A DNA stretch of 64,000 bases from Zygnema circumcarinatum SAG 698-1b (lineage: Eukaryota > Plantae > Zygnematophyceae): positions 85,492-149,491 of the forward strand of contig CM074822.1 of the NCBI GenBank assembly GCA_037447605.1, in the 5' to 3' direction. Each line of letters opens with the position of its first letter. Position 1 is the stretch's first letter. The notes below the pieces were generated by a model that saw only the letters and a list, made by a program, of their open reading frames with translations, had not been told where the DNA came from and did not search any database. The position numbers were made by a program, and so were the translations under genes. Shown piece after piece: positions 35,563 through 48,000 of this stretch.

Positions 35563-38500
35563 ATGGAACACTGCCCCTCCGACTTTGACGACTTGGAGAT
35601 TCCCCTCTTCGACTCGGCCCTGGACGAGCTTCACTTCCCGTCCTTTCTCTTCAAAGACGTTGAAGCTTCTGCGTGTCTCTCCGGTTCGTCGAGTTCCAAG
35701 TTTGAAGCGGACGATCTCAGGGACCTTCTGCCGAGGCTCAGCCCGGACTGGGCCAGTCAGGGCTTCCCGCTGTTAGTAGACGAGTTTTCTGAGCTCAGTG
35801 ATTTGGATGAGGCTCCTGGGCTCGAACAGTTCACACATGGGCTTCCTCCTGCGTTTCTCGGTCTCCTGGCTGACAATGACGCCTACACTGTTGCGAGTAT
35901 CCTGGACTCGGATGCAATGGAGGGGACCGTGGAAGCCACAGCCGGCAACTCCGAGCTTGGCGCCCTATCAATCACGGTGCCTTACCCTCCTGCCGATGTT
36001 GCAGACGAGCGGCCAACAGTGCCTCCTCCAAGTCTGCCAACAGCGTCAGATCTCCAGGTACCTAGACACGGGTCATCCAAGAACACGTTTGAAGAAATTA
36101 ACGACGACGCGTGGTTATGGAGTGGCTGGAGATCCGACGGAGAAGTAGAACATGCGGGCGCCAAGAATCAGCTTTCGTCCGAGGTGCCAGTTGGGACAGG
36201 TTTGCGGAAGGACGTTCCCGTAAGGAAAGATGCCTCCTTGGAATGGATCAAAAAATTTGAAGAGGGAGGACCTATTGTATCGCAAAGTGGTGACGTGACC
36301 ATTGTCTGCTGCAGTTGCGAAGTCCTACGACGAGTCATTCATTCGAATGGTGAGTGCATATCTACTGATGCGCAAATGCGCCCTTGAACTTCGTTGAGGG
36401 CCTTCAGGATTTCGGTTGAGAGACAAACGTGCTAATTTAGCTGGATTAATACAGGGTCGCCCGTAAAACTGTGAATGAGCATTGTGAGACGACCCATAGA
36501 AGCAATTAACTGTCTATGTTGGCTGGAGCCTACTATTGGACAGCTTTCTACATTGTGGCTCACGGAGTGCTGCTGTTGGTGCATATGAGAACAGTTCTGT
36601 ACGGCTCTAATCATGTGTCAAACTTTTTGGCAGTCTTCTCGGACTTACTCCTCCTTGCGTTCTTTCTTCTTAGTACACCTGGCTGCAAACAAGAGTAGTC
36701 TATCAGAACGTTTTCTACGCAACACATTCTAGAACACGGAATTGCTTTTTCAACCTGCAGGTTGCTAACCTCTCATTGCTGAGAGTTCATTTGCCTCTTT
36801 AATGACTTAAGTATACTTCAGATGCGACTCATGCGATTTTTGGTGTTCGAGGGAAGAATTTACTGAGATGTTGAATGTTTGGTCAACTTGCAGGTGTGTA
36901 CGACACAAAGCTGGAGTTTCACTTCAGCCATTCAAGAAGCTGTCACGCAGTTCTTCACACACGGAAAAGTAGTGATAATGGTCGCCTGGCAATCTTGGAA
37001 CAACAAGTGGAAGAGTGAGTCTGTCAACCTCTAGGCCCTTGACATTGCGGTCTGTCACGTCGATTTGATTCCTTTATACTGTATTTGTCAACTGAAGATT
37101 GTGCTTGTTTATGAGTGATAAGCGGACCCTCAACCAAGTAGTACGAGATCCCCTTGCCTTCGTTTGTACCCTACGATAGTTCCATCAGTCGTGAGCAACC
37201 CTTATTTTCTTCCCTCTCCTTTCCCTCTCAATGAAACTATGTCAATATACTGAAAAGAGAGCGAGGTTGGATCCCACATCCATACGAGCCCCTGTCTCGC
37301 TCACCTCTCAAGTTGAAACGAAAACCACTGACATAGAACCTGTCCAATCCCTTGTTTCCGGGTTTGCAGACTCCCCCCCGGCGACGCAGAGTACAGCATT
37401 GCGCAGTTCCTTGCGCGCTACAGTCTGCTACGGCAGGCGGAGGCCTTCGTCCTCTGCTACGACTCCCGTGCGAGCGGCGCTGAACCCTGCAGCCGGGGGA
37501 GCTCTGAACCCCGAGGGCAGACCGCAGGGCCGGGCATCTTGAGGAGATGCCTGCAGCCCCTCTCCAGTGAGAGGGCCAACAGCGCCGGTCAGTTTTATGG
37601 CATCTCAGGTAGGCAGAGCCGAGCTTTTATTTGTTACCTGCAGCAAGGATAACACTCCCCTCCCCCTCCCCCTCCCCTCCCTCCCCTCCCCCTCCCCCTC
37701 CCCCTCCCCCTCCCCCTCCCCCTCCCCCTCCCCCTCCCCCTCCCCCTCCCCCTCCCCTCCCCCTCCCCCTCCCCCTCCCCCTCCCCCTCCCCCTCCCCCT
37801 CCCCCTCCCCTCCCCTCCCCCTCCCCCTCCCCCTCCCCCTCCCCCCTCCCCCTCCCCTCCTCCCCTCCCCTCACTCCCCTCCCCCCTCCCCCTCCCCCTC
37901 CCCCTCCCCCTCCCCCTCCCCCTCCCCCTCCCCCTCCCCCTCCCCCCTCCGTTCGGCCCTTAATCAATTTACGCATTTTGTGGAGTTGCTCAGTTATAAC
38001 TGAAAAGATAACCCTCCTAATGAGAATCATTAGGCGCAGAATGGACAACAGAGCTCTCCGGTCGGACCACAGTGTGCAACTCGGAAACTTCCGAACTGCA
38101 GCGAAGGGACAGTTGGGGGAGTGTGGGTACAGCCGCACAACCGCCGTTGTCTGTCAACAAACCACTTGCAAAGAGTGGTGCTGCAGAGCAGGTGCATGGC
38201 TGCCCTTGCTCTCACATAGCTCTTTACTCAATGCATCGGCGAGGGGTTTCTGTCAAAACATGGAATGGTTTATGTCATATAATGCAAATGACACGTTGTT
38301 GGATTGCTGCATGGCGGCAGAGGGAGCGAACGAGCAAGCTGCGAGTGGCAGATTTGGCGACGCATTTCCATCTGCCCATCAACCTTGCGGCTAAGGAGCT
38401 GGGCATTTGCCCGACGGTGCTGAAGAAAATTTGCAGACGAAATAACATGCGGCGGTGGCCTCATCGGAAGGTGAGCCGAGGGGGGCGGTTTGGATGGTGC

Positions 38501-38809
38501 AATACTTGCAGACTATGCAGACTCATTGTGCTTCCGCTCTTAAGCAGGACCCTGCTCGTTGATGCTGTGTGAGTTTTTGCCATGGTGCTGCCACCAAAAG
38601 GGTCATCTTTTTGACAAAGTCATCTTTTTGACAAAGTTAGGCCTGGCATTCCCGTGCTGCAGATAAAGAGCATTGAGCGAATCATCGCAACTTTGGAGCA
38701 GACTCTTGCAGAGGGGGTGACGTCAGGCGAGGAAGCCATTCGCACAGAAATAGCGCAGCTGCGGCAGGAAAGGGAGCACTTGTGTGCGGGCCTGCTTGGC
38801 GATCTATAG
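35563..38809 (+). CDS. RKD: RWP-RK transcription factor, RKD type (RKD5-like N-terminal Cys/His block)
   Basis: IVCCSCEVLRRVIHSNG | VYDTKLEFHF..CHAVL | ..IAQFLARYSLLRQAEAFVLCYD | SGAAEQ | RERTSKLRVADLATHFHLPINLAAKELGICPTVLKKICRRNNMRRWPHRK | IKSIERIIATLEQ..IRTEIAQLRQEREHLC-stop at 38807-38809. No GAF or PB1 domain, so not an NLP. Confidence 0.92.
37657..37948. repeat. (CCCCCT)n tract in an RKD intron
   Basis: Direct sequence. Confidence 0.97.
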
Positions 38810-39483
38810 CTCTGCAATGGTTTGAGCAGAAATTGTCAGTTTCTTTCACAGGTAGTAGCAGCAAGGGCTTGCTTACAGCGGCAGTCGTCAGGAATCCATT
38901 AGTTATTATTGGCCACAGAAGCAGGGACTCGTCCATGCCGTCAGTTAGAATATTTACAGAGCTTCTCATCTGTTTCTGATACGACTTGGTCCTTTTAGGG
39001 TTAAAAGCTCACCTATCGGATCTACCTGCATCCCGGAGGTCCTTCAGAGTGTTAGGGTAGAAGAGGTAAAAAAATTGGCTACTGAGGTCAGGAGCACGGT
39101 AGGCAGAAGTCATGGTTAGGTCGGCAGACACTGGCCCGTGTGGAACAGTCGCTGCATGTCCATAGCTCGGCATGCATGCACGATTGCAGCCGTGACTGCA
39201 GCACAGTGCAGAAGAGTCGTTTTTTTTCTTGCAAGTGCGTCTGTGTTTTTTGTCTCGGACCCTGAAAAGCATCTATGGAACATTGTCTGAAGGTTCATCT
39301 TCGAATTCCACCGTGTTCTGAATGCGAGAAAGAAATGGGGAAAGATTTGAGAGAGCACAGAAAGGTTCGAAACGGCGCCTTCCAAATGGCATGTACTTGT
39401 CGTTTTTTTTTTTTTGGAAATGCGCCCCAAAGACATGCTCGTGTTGTTCGCATGCACTGGGCATAGCAGCTCAGTGAAAGGGA

Positions 39484-39657
39484 ATACGATACAGAGCAAT
39501 ACGATACCTTACGATACGATACGACAATTTACAATACGATACGATACTATGAGATACGATACATGGCCTATCGATTTCAATTGAGCGATGCGATACATAG
39601 CAAGAAGTACGATACGGTACGATATTAAATATATCTCGATGTATCTCGATGCGATGC
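39484..39657. repeat. Degenerate (ATACG)n pentamer array upstream of the TBC gene
   Basis: tacgatac / atacgatacg repeated more than 10 times. Confidence 0.85.
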
Positions 39658-39787
39658 AGCGGCGGCAAGGTCCGGCGGCGCAGAAAGGCAGGCAGCCCTA
39701 ATCCGTCCTCGCGCTGGGCTCTGTATTGGCAGCTGGTGCTGCTGCTACTGCTGCGCAGGCTCGGGGGATTCGACCTGCGTCAATTCA

Positions 39788-42700
39788 ATGGCAGATGGTA
39801 AGGGCAGTGCCAGCAGCTCAAGCAAGCCGGTTCCCGCCTGGCTCAATTCTAGTGTGTGGCATTCGAATGAGAGGCCAGTGCGATCAAGCTCTCTTTCCAA
39901 GAGTGTAAGTCAGGATGAGCCTGAGCAGGAGGTTTTTACAGCCACAGGAGAAAGCGTCAGCGGTCGTGGGAGCGCTGAGAGCCAAAATGAAAAGGGTCCT
40001 ACCGAAGAATGGAGAAAGGATAGAGAGAGGATGCGGGAGAGTACGGCGATGAGAAGTTCGAACTTTGTCTTTGGGAGCTCGAATGGCGGAGGCTATGGTG
40101 GATTGCGGCAAGATAGAAGCGAAAAAAGTGCAGCTCCATGGGAAGAGACAAAAACGAGTAGTGGGGCAGAACCGCGAGAGCCACCTGTGATTCCGCATAT
40201 GACAGACAACGCGGCATTGGATGCGTTCTCGGGGAATGATGCGACGTCGTTTCGCGGAGAAGATGATCGACTGGAAGTAGAGAGAAAGACTGCTCGATTT
40301 TACAGTGAGGTTAGCGAGGTCTTTCTTTCCTTTTCACAGAAATGAAGAAATTTTGAAGTTCGAAGTACTCGCAACATTTTTCTTAAATTGTTGCCGAAAT
40401 AACTTCAATTCTTCAAACGCCTCGGAATGCCCCATTGTCTACTAGCCGCATTAAATTAATACAGTGCAGAGGTAGGATGGGCTCAAAAAAGAAAGTTCAT
40501 CTAATATATGAGAGCATCCCTAAAGCACATAAAAGCCTCACATGCAATGCTAACAGTTGTCGGATTATTAATACCATGAAAGCTGTGCTGCATGTTTGTT
40601 CCAATTGTTCGTGCGTATACACGTATCTGCACGGTCTGCAGCTAGCCCAACAGAAAATAAAAATCACGGAATTGCGGCGGCTTGCTATGACCGGGATTCC
40701 CAACGAGGGAAGTTTGCGGGCAACGACATGGAAGGCATGTGCTTAAGTCAATTCCTTACCTTGGTCCGAAGCTGGGCAGACTGGTCACTACACTGATGAA
40801 ATTAGCTACAGAAATGGTAGTCATTGAGAAATTGAAGGACTCAACATGTGTCAGTCTGCTTGCAAGGAGCTATACTTTATGTCCTTCATTCCTGAAAGAG
40901 TTGTTAACGGATGTTTCCTTGGGCCATCTCATTTTGCTGATGTGTGCCTTCCTTTTGACAACTTTCTCGACTTTCGAGGTCGTTTCCTCCCTCAAAGGTG
41001 TAATCAACGTCTTTGAACTACTATATTTCGGTCTGAAAGTATTGTGCCTTTTGAAGCTACAGTCACTGACTCTCAAGCATTTTCACGTACCTGACGACGC
41101 CATGCTCTTACCCTGATGTTGACATATGCTGTTATAATAGATGATCATTCGGGAAAAGAACAACTTCAAATGCGACATAAAGATCTACCCTTGTTTTGGT
41201 TCCATCTGTCCTATAATAAACCTTCTGCCAAGCAAAATTTATGCTACAGACTTCAGATCGTCTAGGAGCCCCACCTTGAAATCGCCTTTCTTGCGATGAA
41301 TTGCTTGCAGCTACTGCTCGGCTATCTTCCTTGTAATTCAGAGAACTGGGAGGCCGAGTTGGCGAGAAAAAGAGTGGAATATGCAGAATTTCGAGAAGAA
41401 TTTATCATTAATCCTGTAAGTTCTCTTACGTGGCAGGTCTGAGGCGCTGTGTGATGTACTTTACTTTCTCCGCCTTCAGTGAGCAAACAATGACATCAAG
41501 TAACAACCTTCTCTGTCGCCTTCGAACATTTTAATACCTAGGGCAGGGTGGTTTAAGTTATACAGGTTTTCCATAGCACAACATCCCTTCCTAAGCAGGG
41601 TTCTTGCCGAACAAGGGTCAGCTTGAGGATTTGAAATTGATAGCTCAAGCTATATGGTTTCAATCATTCTCATTTGTTTTTACTCGTCTCATTTTAAACC
41701 ACAGACAGAAGTGGCAAGACGTAAGGAGGCTGAAGCTATGCGGGCAAGTCGGAGAAGTATGATGCAGATCGAGGATGAGCAGGATTGGAGTGAACTCAGG
41801 GGCATTGATGCAACTGACCACCCACTCAGTCAAGGGCCATCCTCAATATGGCACCAATACTTCAAGGTTGGCTGCCTTTCACAATCATGCGTTCTTTCTC
41901 GAGGCTAATTTTCTCGATGTAAACAATGGGCATTTTGTGCAGGTTGTTGCTTTTCTTACCGCTTGTCCGTCTCCTGAAAGCCTGTCCTGATTTTGAGTGT
42001 TTGCATTCTGTCATTCTGTCTTGGGGGATCGAAAGCTCTTTGCATCTGCTTGCATAATCTTCTCTAATGGAGATGTGCTTGTTTGAGCAGGACACAGAGC
42101 TTGTAGAGCAGATTGACAGAGACGTGAAAAGGACGCATCCCGACCTTCCATTTTTCAACAGTGAGGATGGCAGTGCGGCCGCAACTCAAGTAAGGGACTT
42201 CCCCTTCAGGCTTTCAACTTGTAAGTGCAGAACGCATTTTGCTGGGTTTCAACATCTCTTTCCATTTGTCTGCATATGTCTGAGGTTTCCTTTGTTTTTA
42301 TATGGCAGGATGCAATGCGACGGATTCTTTTTGTCTTTGCCAAATTGAACCCCGGTATTCGATACGTTCAAGGCATGAATGAAGTGCTTGCGCCGCTGCT
42401 GTATATATTCTCCACCGATCCCGATATAGAGACTGCAGTGAGTATGCATTTGTAAATATCTTGATTATGCCTTTGGCATAGTGAATCAATCATGGAACTT
42501 ACAAATCAGTTGTATAACGTCGTCGTTTGAGACTGGAAAACGATGACTTTTTTAATAAGTATATTTGAACAAAACATGAACAGAACATTGACATATCAAG
42601 ATAACCGCCCCATTGTGTCTTTTTTATGCCATACGAGCTGCTTTACCATGACTCAAATGCTAACGTTTCGGTTTCCTCTCCCTGCAGGCACATGCTGAGC

Positions 42701-43739
42701 CCGATGCTTTCTATTGTTTTTCTGCATTGCTTGGGGATTTTCGCGATCACTTTTGTCAGCAGCTCGACAATTCTGTGGTTGGCATTCGCAGCACCATCTC
42801 CCGTGTGGTCGAGATATTGCGAATTCACGATCCCGAACTCTGGCGACACCTTGAGTTTGTTTCCAAGGTAAACCCTCTGTGCTGCGAAACTCTCTCTCTC
42901 CTTCTGAGTTTCTCTTTGGACAGAGACATCCTTGCTTGTCAGTCTCTCTACGACTCTCGTTGCCTGTCCAGTTTGCTGCTACACCTCTCCTCTCCTCTCC
43001 CTTTCTCTCCTCCTTAAGTCCCCTCCAGTCTTGCGTTTCCTCAAGACGTTTCCTTTAACGTTGAACAAAGAGTGGTTGGACAGAGTGGTTCTTTTTGAAA
43101 TGGAAGACCTGAAGCATGTGAATAGTTCTGTTTCGATGTCCTCCTTCCAAAGTGTAGTTCTCTTTCTGACAGTGGGCGATGCGGCTCGCAGGTGAATCCG
43201 CAATTCTATGCTTTCCGGTGGATAACGCTACTTTTGACTCAAGACTTTGAATTTTTTGATGTTATCCGGATATGGGACTCTCTCCTGGCCAACACAGACG
43301 GCCCACTGGTGAGCAGCTCGCAACTTTCTGCTCAAAGTGCAGGCCATAGAATGCGGGACTTACTTGAACTTCTCCTTAGGAAATTGCCAACCAATCAAGC
43401 TGAAAGGATTGGCTTAGTTGTGTGAGGTGTGCTGCATCTGTCTATGGGGAGTCTCTATGAATTCTCTAATTGCCTTACACCTCTATAGCTTCAAGCATTT
43501 TTTTCTTCGAGGAGCTCATTTCTACATTCGTTGCAGATTGTTGCCTAAGCCTCCTCTCTGCATGTTCTGTGCAGGAGATTCTGTTGCGGATTTGCTGTGC
43601 GATGCTGATCTGCATCCGAGAAAGATTGCTGGCAGGTGACTTCACCATGAACCTGAAGCTGCTGCAGAGGTACCCCCCCACGGACATTGAGGGCATCATT
43701 GATGCGGCCAATCAGCTCAAGGCGCCATTCGCCTCTTGA
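39788..43739 (+). CDS. TBC-domain Rab GTPase-activating protein (TBC1D13/Gyp-like)
   Basis: ITELRRLAMTGIPNEGSLRATTWK | LLLGYLP..RKRVEYAEF | DHPLSQGPSSIWHQYFK | DTELVEQIDRDVKRTHPD (IxxDxxR) | MRRILFVFAKLNPGIRYVQGMNEVLAPL (YxQ) | FRDHFCQQLDNS..DPELWRHL | VNPQFYAFRWITLLLTQDF..WDSLL | ICCAMLICIRERLLAGDFTMNLKLLQRYP. Confidence 0.95.
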
Positions 43740-45076
43740 AGCCGGATTATGAGCGGTAATCGTCAGTACAGGCCTTGACCGGGAAAGGAAACTTTCCTGC
43801 CGCACATGCTTCGTTCAGGCAGTGAGTGGGAAGAGAGAGGTTTCCGGAAAGATGCAGGCAGAAAGCAGCCTGAGGGGCCTTTCTTTGGCAGATGAGGCAG
43901 TTGCTGCATGCCTCCCTTCATTCAGCGCCGCAGAGGCCCTGCTTGTCCAGGCTGTGCGGTGTGCAATATTGCCGTCGACCCTGGTCGACGGCTCCTTGCT
44001 GAGTAACAGTTAGGCAGATGTGGTGGGGTCGGAGTTTCAGAGCAGAGAGTGAGCTGTTCCGCCATGATTCCTGCCCTTCACTCTGCGCGTTTTGTTCCAA
44101 GATATAATCAACGTCGCGTGTTCCCTCGGCGCGTCTCGCAATGCAGACTCACTCGGGCAGCCCAACTTGCGTTCAGAACCGTTCAAATGCATTCATTCCA
44201 TGACCGACAGCCAAACCCTCCCGTTTCTCTCTCTCTCTCTCGTTCTCTCTCTATCTCGGACGAGCCCTGAACCCTACAACACTGCCGAACCCGAAATCTC
44301 ATTCAAACCATAAAATCTGAGAACCCCTCTTGAATCGTAACATCACGTCACGCCGCGTTGGGCGGGAGAAGTAGCGCAGTCGTGTACTTGTTCCGAGCAG
44401 CGGCACGTCGTACGGACTATCCCACCCTGGCGCGGTACTCCTTCCGCCTCGCGCTGCGCCTGCGCGACGCCCGCTCTTGGCGGGCCCTGCGACTGCGTGC
44501 GACTCCACGCGTGCGACTCTCTCCGCCAATTGAATGCTCCTAGCGACCAATTGGACGCGCCTCATTGGTCCAGCGACGATGAGCGACGTCGCAGGCAGTC
44601 GCAGAATGCCACGTGGCGCCCTCTCCGCGGCGGGCGGCAGCAGGGCGGTGGCCATGGAGGGAGGGAGAGTTGCCGTTGGGGCCTCGCGCGATCCATGGCG
44701 GCATGTGGCGGCCATGGGAGGAGGACATGGCTGGAGGCAGGAGCCGGGCGAGGGGCATGGCGGGCTGGAGTACTACAGTGGAGGCTTTGCTGAGCAGGGA
44801 GGCAATTGCGCGGTGAAATGTCAGCTTTGAGATTAGACATTGAAGGGCCAGCTTGAAGCGCTCGGAAGCAGGTGTCTCAGGCAGGTTAGTTACTTGTTTG
44901 TATGTTTCTTTAAGCAGGAAAAGGAGAAGGCTCTGCTCGGTGTAGGCGGGACCGTGGAAGGGCTGTTTGATGGCAGATTGATGTGAGAGGGAGTGGAAAA
45001 GGGAAAGCAGGGAGGATCTTTACGCAGGATGCGCATTGGCTTAGAAGGAGCGTTGATTTTTTATTCCTAAATTGGA

Positions 45077-48000
45077 ATGGAAATCATGAATGCTGGAGCT
45101 GCTCCCGAGTCATCGAAGGATGGTGCATGTAGAGAAAGTGAAACCAGATCAGAAATGCGGTCCATGCCTTCGACAACTGTGGACGATACGAGGGGAAGCG
45201 TACCTTCGGGAAGAGCAGCGGCAGAGACTGTTGGCGGGCGGAGTGAAGTTGCAGAGCATGCAAGTATGACGCCACAGGGCAATGGCAATGGCAATAGCAG
45301 TAGCAGTGTGGCTGAAGGCAGAATAAGCAGAGGGGGCGAAAGCAGGGATATGAGTGCAGTGAGAGAGTCACAGCCAGGACAAGCGGAAGGTGATTTTGTG
45401 GAGCTTGTTCTTCCTCTCATATCTTCTCCCCCCCTGGGAAACGATCTCACAAGCTTTGGACTATCGTCCCCACCATCATCGTCGGCGGCTGCTGAAGACT
45501 GGAGTAATTCAATTCCAAAAGGAGCGTTTGGGCACACCAAGAAAGACGAGTCATTGGAAGGACCAGATGATTGTGGATACAATAGAAGAGCCTCAAAGGC
45601 TCAGTTTGATGTTGATCAGGCGGTTCTGGACCATTCTTGTGGGAATGACGCTGCTTATGGGAACTTCACCGACGCAGGGCAGGAAAGTATGGGCTTTGGT
45701 GGATGGGGTCCGTCAAGTCCCCGTGGTAGAGATGGTTGTTCCATGCGCATGTTGAGTGCTGAAGAATTTCTGCCACCGTGTGTTGGCCCTGCACACAGCA
45801 TCCTTCCGCAGAGTTCCCTCCCGCCTGATTCTCTTCCTGGTCTTGAGAGTGGGTTTGGCTATTTAACTTCACAGTACCCCTACTCAAGCCTCACTGGCTA
45901 TTCCAGCCTTAACTTACTGAGTCCATATGGAGGCTATTCCAACCACACTGCGTATGCAGACCAGGGGCCTTATGGTTCGTCAGGGCTTGTGTTTGATAGC
46001 TCCTTTACTCCCTCGTCGAACAGCAGACCACTTGGAGACAGTGATGAAGACGAATACGATGAAGGCCAGGAGGAGACAAGAGCTAGGCATGCAAAGGCTT
46101 TGATGGAAAAAGCAGCAGTTGCTAGGGGCAGGGCTACAGCTGCTGCTTCTGATGCAGAGGCAAAGGCTACAACAGCTGTAGCTGCTACTGTCAGAGCGAA
46201 ACTGGCTGTAGCGAGGGCTTTTGGAGTGACTCGGCCAAATGGTGTCACGATGTTGCCCTCCATTCCGTTTGCAAGCCACGTTGTTGAAGCCCCTGTATCT
46301 CCAGTAGTAATGCATGCTGATGGTGAGGACAACGAGGAAGCATCTGAAGAAGAAGAGGGGCTAAGTTCAGATGACAACGAAGGTAAACCGGCCGGCAGGG
46401 CTGGAAAAGCAAGAGCACTACACGCTGAATGGTCTCCGGAAAGCCTCTCAACAGTCGCTGGTGAAGCTGAAAGCTGTGATTGGCAGATTCCTGGACCCTT
46501 CCCTTTTCCTATCCCTCGTTCAGGGCGAGCTCGTAGTCAGAAACGGGCAATCTTGGGTTCTGCGTCAAGTCGTCTCACAAGCACGCAGACATCTGTTGTT
46601 CCTCCGGACTCTCCTTCACTGGCAGGGGAAGTTTTAGAGCCATTTCCTGGGGTGCAAACGGCTGTTGAAGAGACTTCCTTTGCAGGTGGTGGGACTCAGC
46701 CACTGAATTCAGCCGCTGAAGGGTCGTCCTCTGATGTTAATCTCAATTCACAAACATTGTCTACAGACGCAGACGATGTAAAAACTGATGCCCTTTTGCC
46801 CTCGACCATAGAAACGGAGCTTGCTGCGGTTGTAAGGGAACAAACTGGGAAAAGCGACTGTAAGGCAGCGGTTGCTCTTTCAGACGGCAAAGCTGGTGGG
46901 AATGGATTGGGGAATAGGGGTCCAGGAGACTTCTCTTCAGAGTTGCAGAGATGTGTTAAAACCACAGATGACTCGCTTTTAGGCACAGGTTCAGCTAACG
47001 GTCCCATCCAACCAGCCAATGTTTCAGCCATTGGTTCGTCAAAGGAGACAGCGTCGCCAGTCGTCATTGTTGACAATCCCAATCAGGCAGCACTTAGGGC
47101 ATGTGAAACTCAACAGAGTGTGGAGGTTACTGCAAGTAGGTCATTTTCATCATTGCATGCAGCGATACACGACCAAGAAGGACCCTCTGTTAGTGGCATT
47201 CTTGTAGCTGAGCTGCCGAAGAAGCAAGAAGGTGAGACGAGTCTGCCTGAATACCATCAGCAGCTCATGGTTAAGGACCCTTGCGATGAAGAAGAGGTGG
47301 GTCCTGGATACGACAGGCAGAAAGCCGCGGTCAAATCTGTCACCGGAAACCCTGTCGAAATACTTCAGGTTGCACATCTGCCTTCTTCTGAGCCACTGGT
47401 AGGGACAAATGCTGACCCTGCATTAGGGACTTATAATCATAATAGCCTCCTTCCTCCGGCAGGCCAAATCCCCGAACCCATCTCGCAGACGATACATCCT
47501 GGCCAGCCAAAATCCACTCCTCCTGAAACTGTTGTGGGCAGTGGGGTTGATGCATCTCCTTCGCCAGACGAGGGTGCGATCTCCTTGACACAGAGAGAAG
47601 GTGCTGTCCCTCAACATTTGAGTGCGGAAAATAGGTGTATAGACCTTCCGCAAGTGGAGGAGACGGCAGGCTTGCTTTCTCCTCTCGTGGGTAGAGAGGA
47701 AAGTCGACCAAAGCAAGAGCAAGAGGGGGCGGTAGTGGAGGTTAGTGGCTCTCGGGCATTGGCTACTGCCTCTGCTGCGTTGCGAGGTCGGCCATGGGGC
47801 AGCTCTGCAGCTGCAGCAGGTCTTGACATGCCGTTAGAGGGTAGGAAGGAGCAGCTCGGTCCAAGGCAAAGAAAGCGACCACGACATTTACTGGATGAGG
47901 AGGACGAGGAGGTGCTTTTCAAGGGGAAAATGGCGAGCAAGAGAAGCAGAGTTCCGAGCATGGGTGGTAAGGGGGCACATTCTGAACCTGTGATTGAGTG

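Noticed and set aside
35563-38809. Mating-type locus interpretation (RWP-RK gene plus a diverged ciliary gene)
   Set aside because: The factor is RKD-like with a long N-terminal region rather than a short MID-like protein. Neighbouring genes are compact and intact, with no TE accumulation. Sex linkage cannot be seen from one haplotype.
39364-39415. GGTTCGAAAC followed by a T-run (possible Pol III gene)
   Set aside because: No A-box at a suitable distance and no cloverleaf stems.
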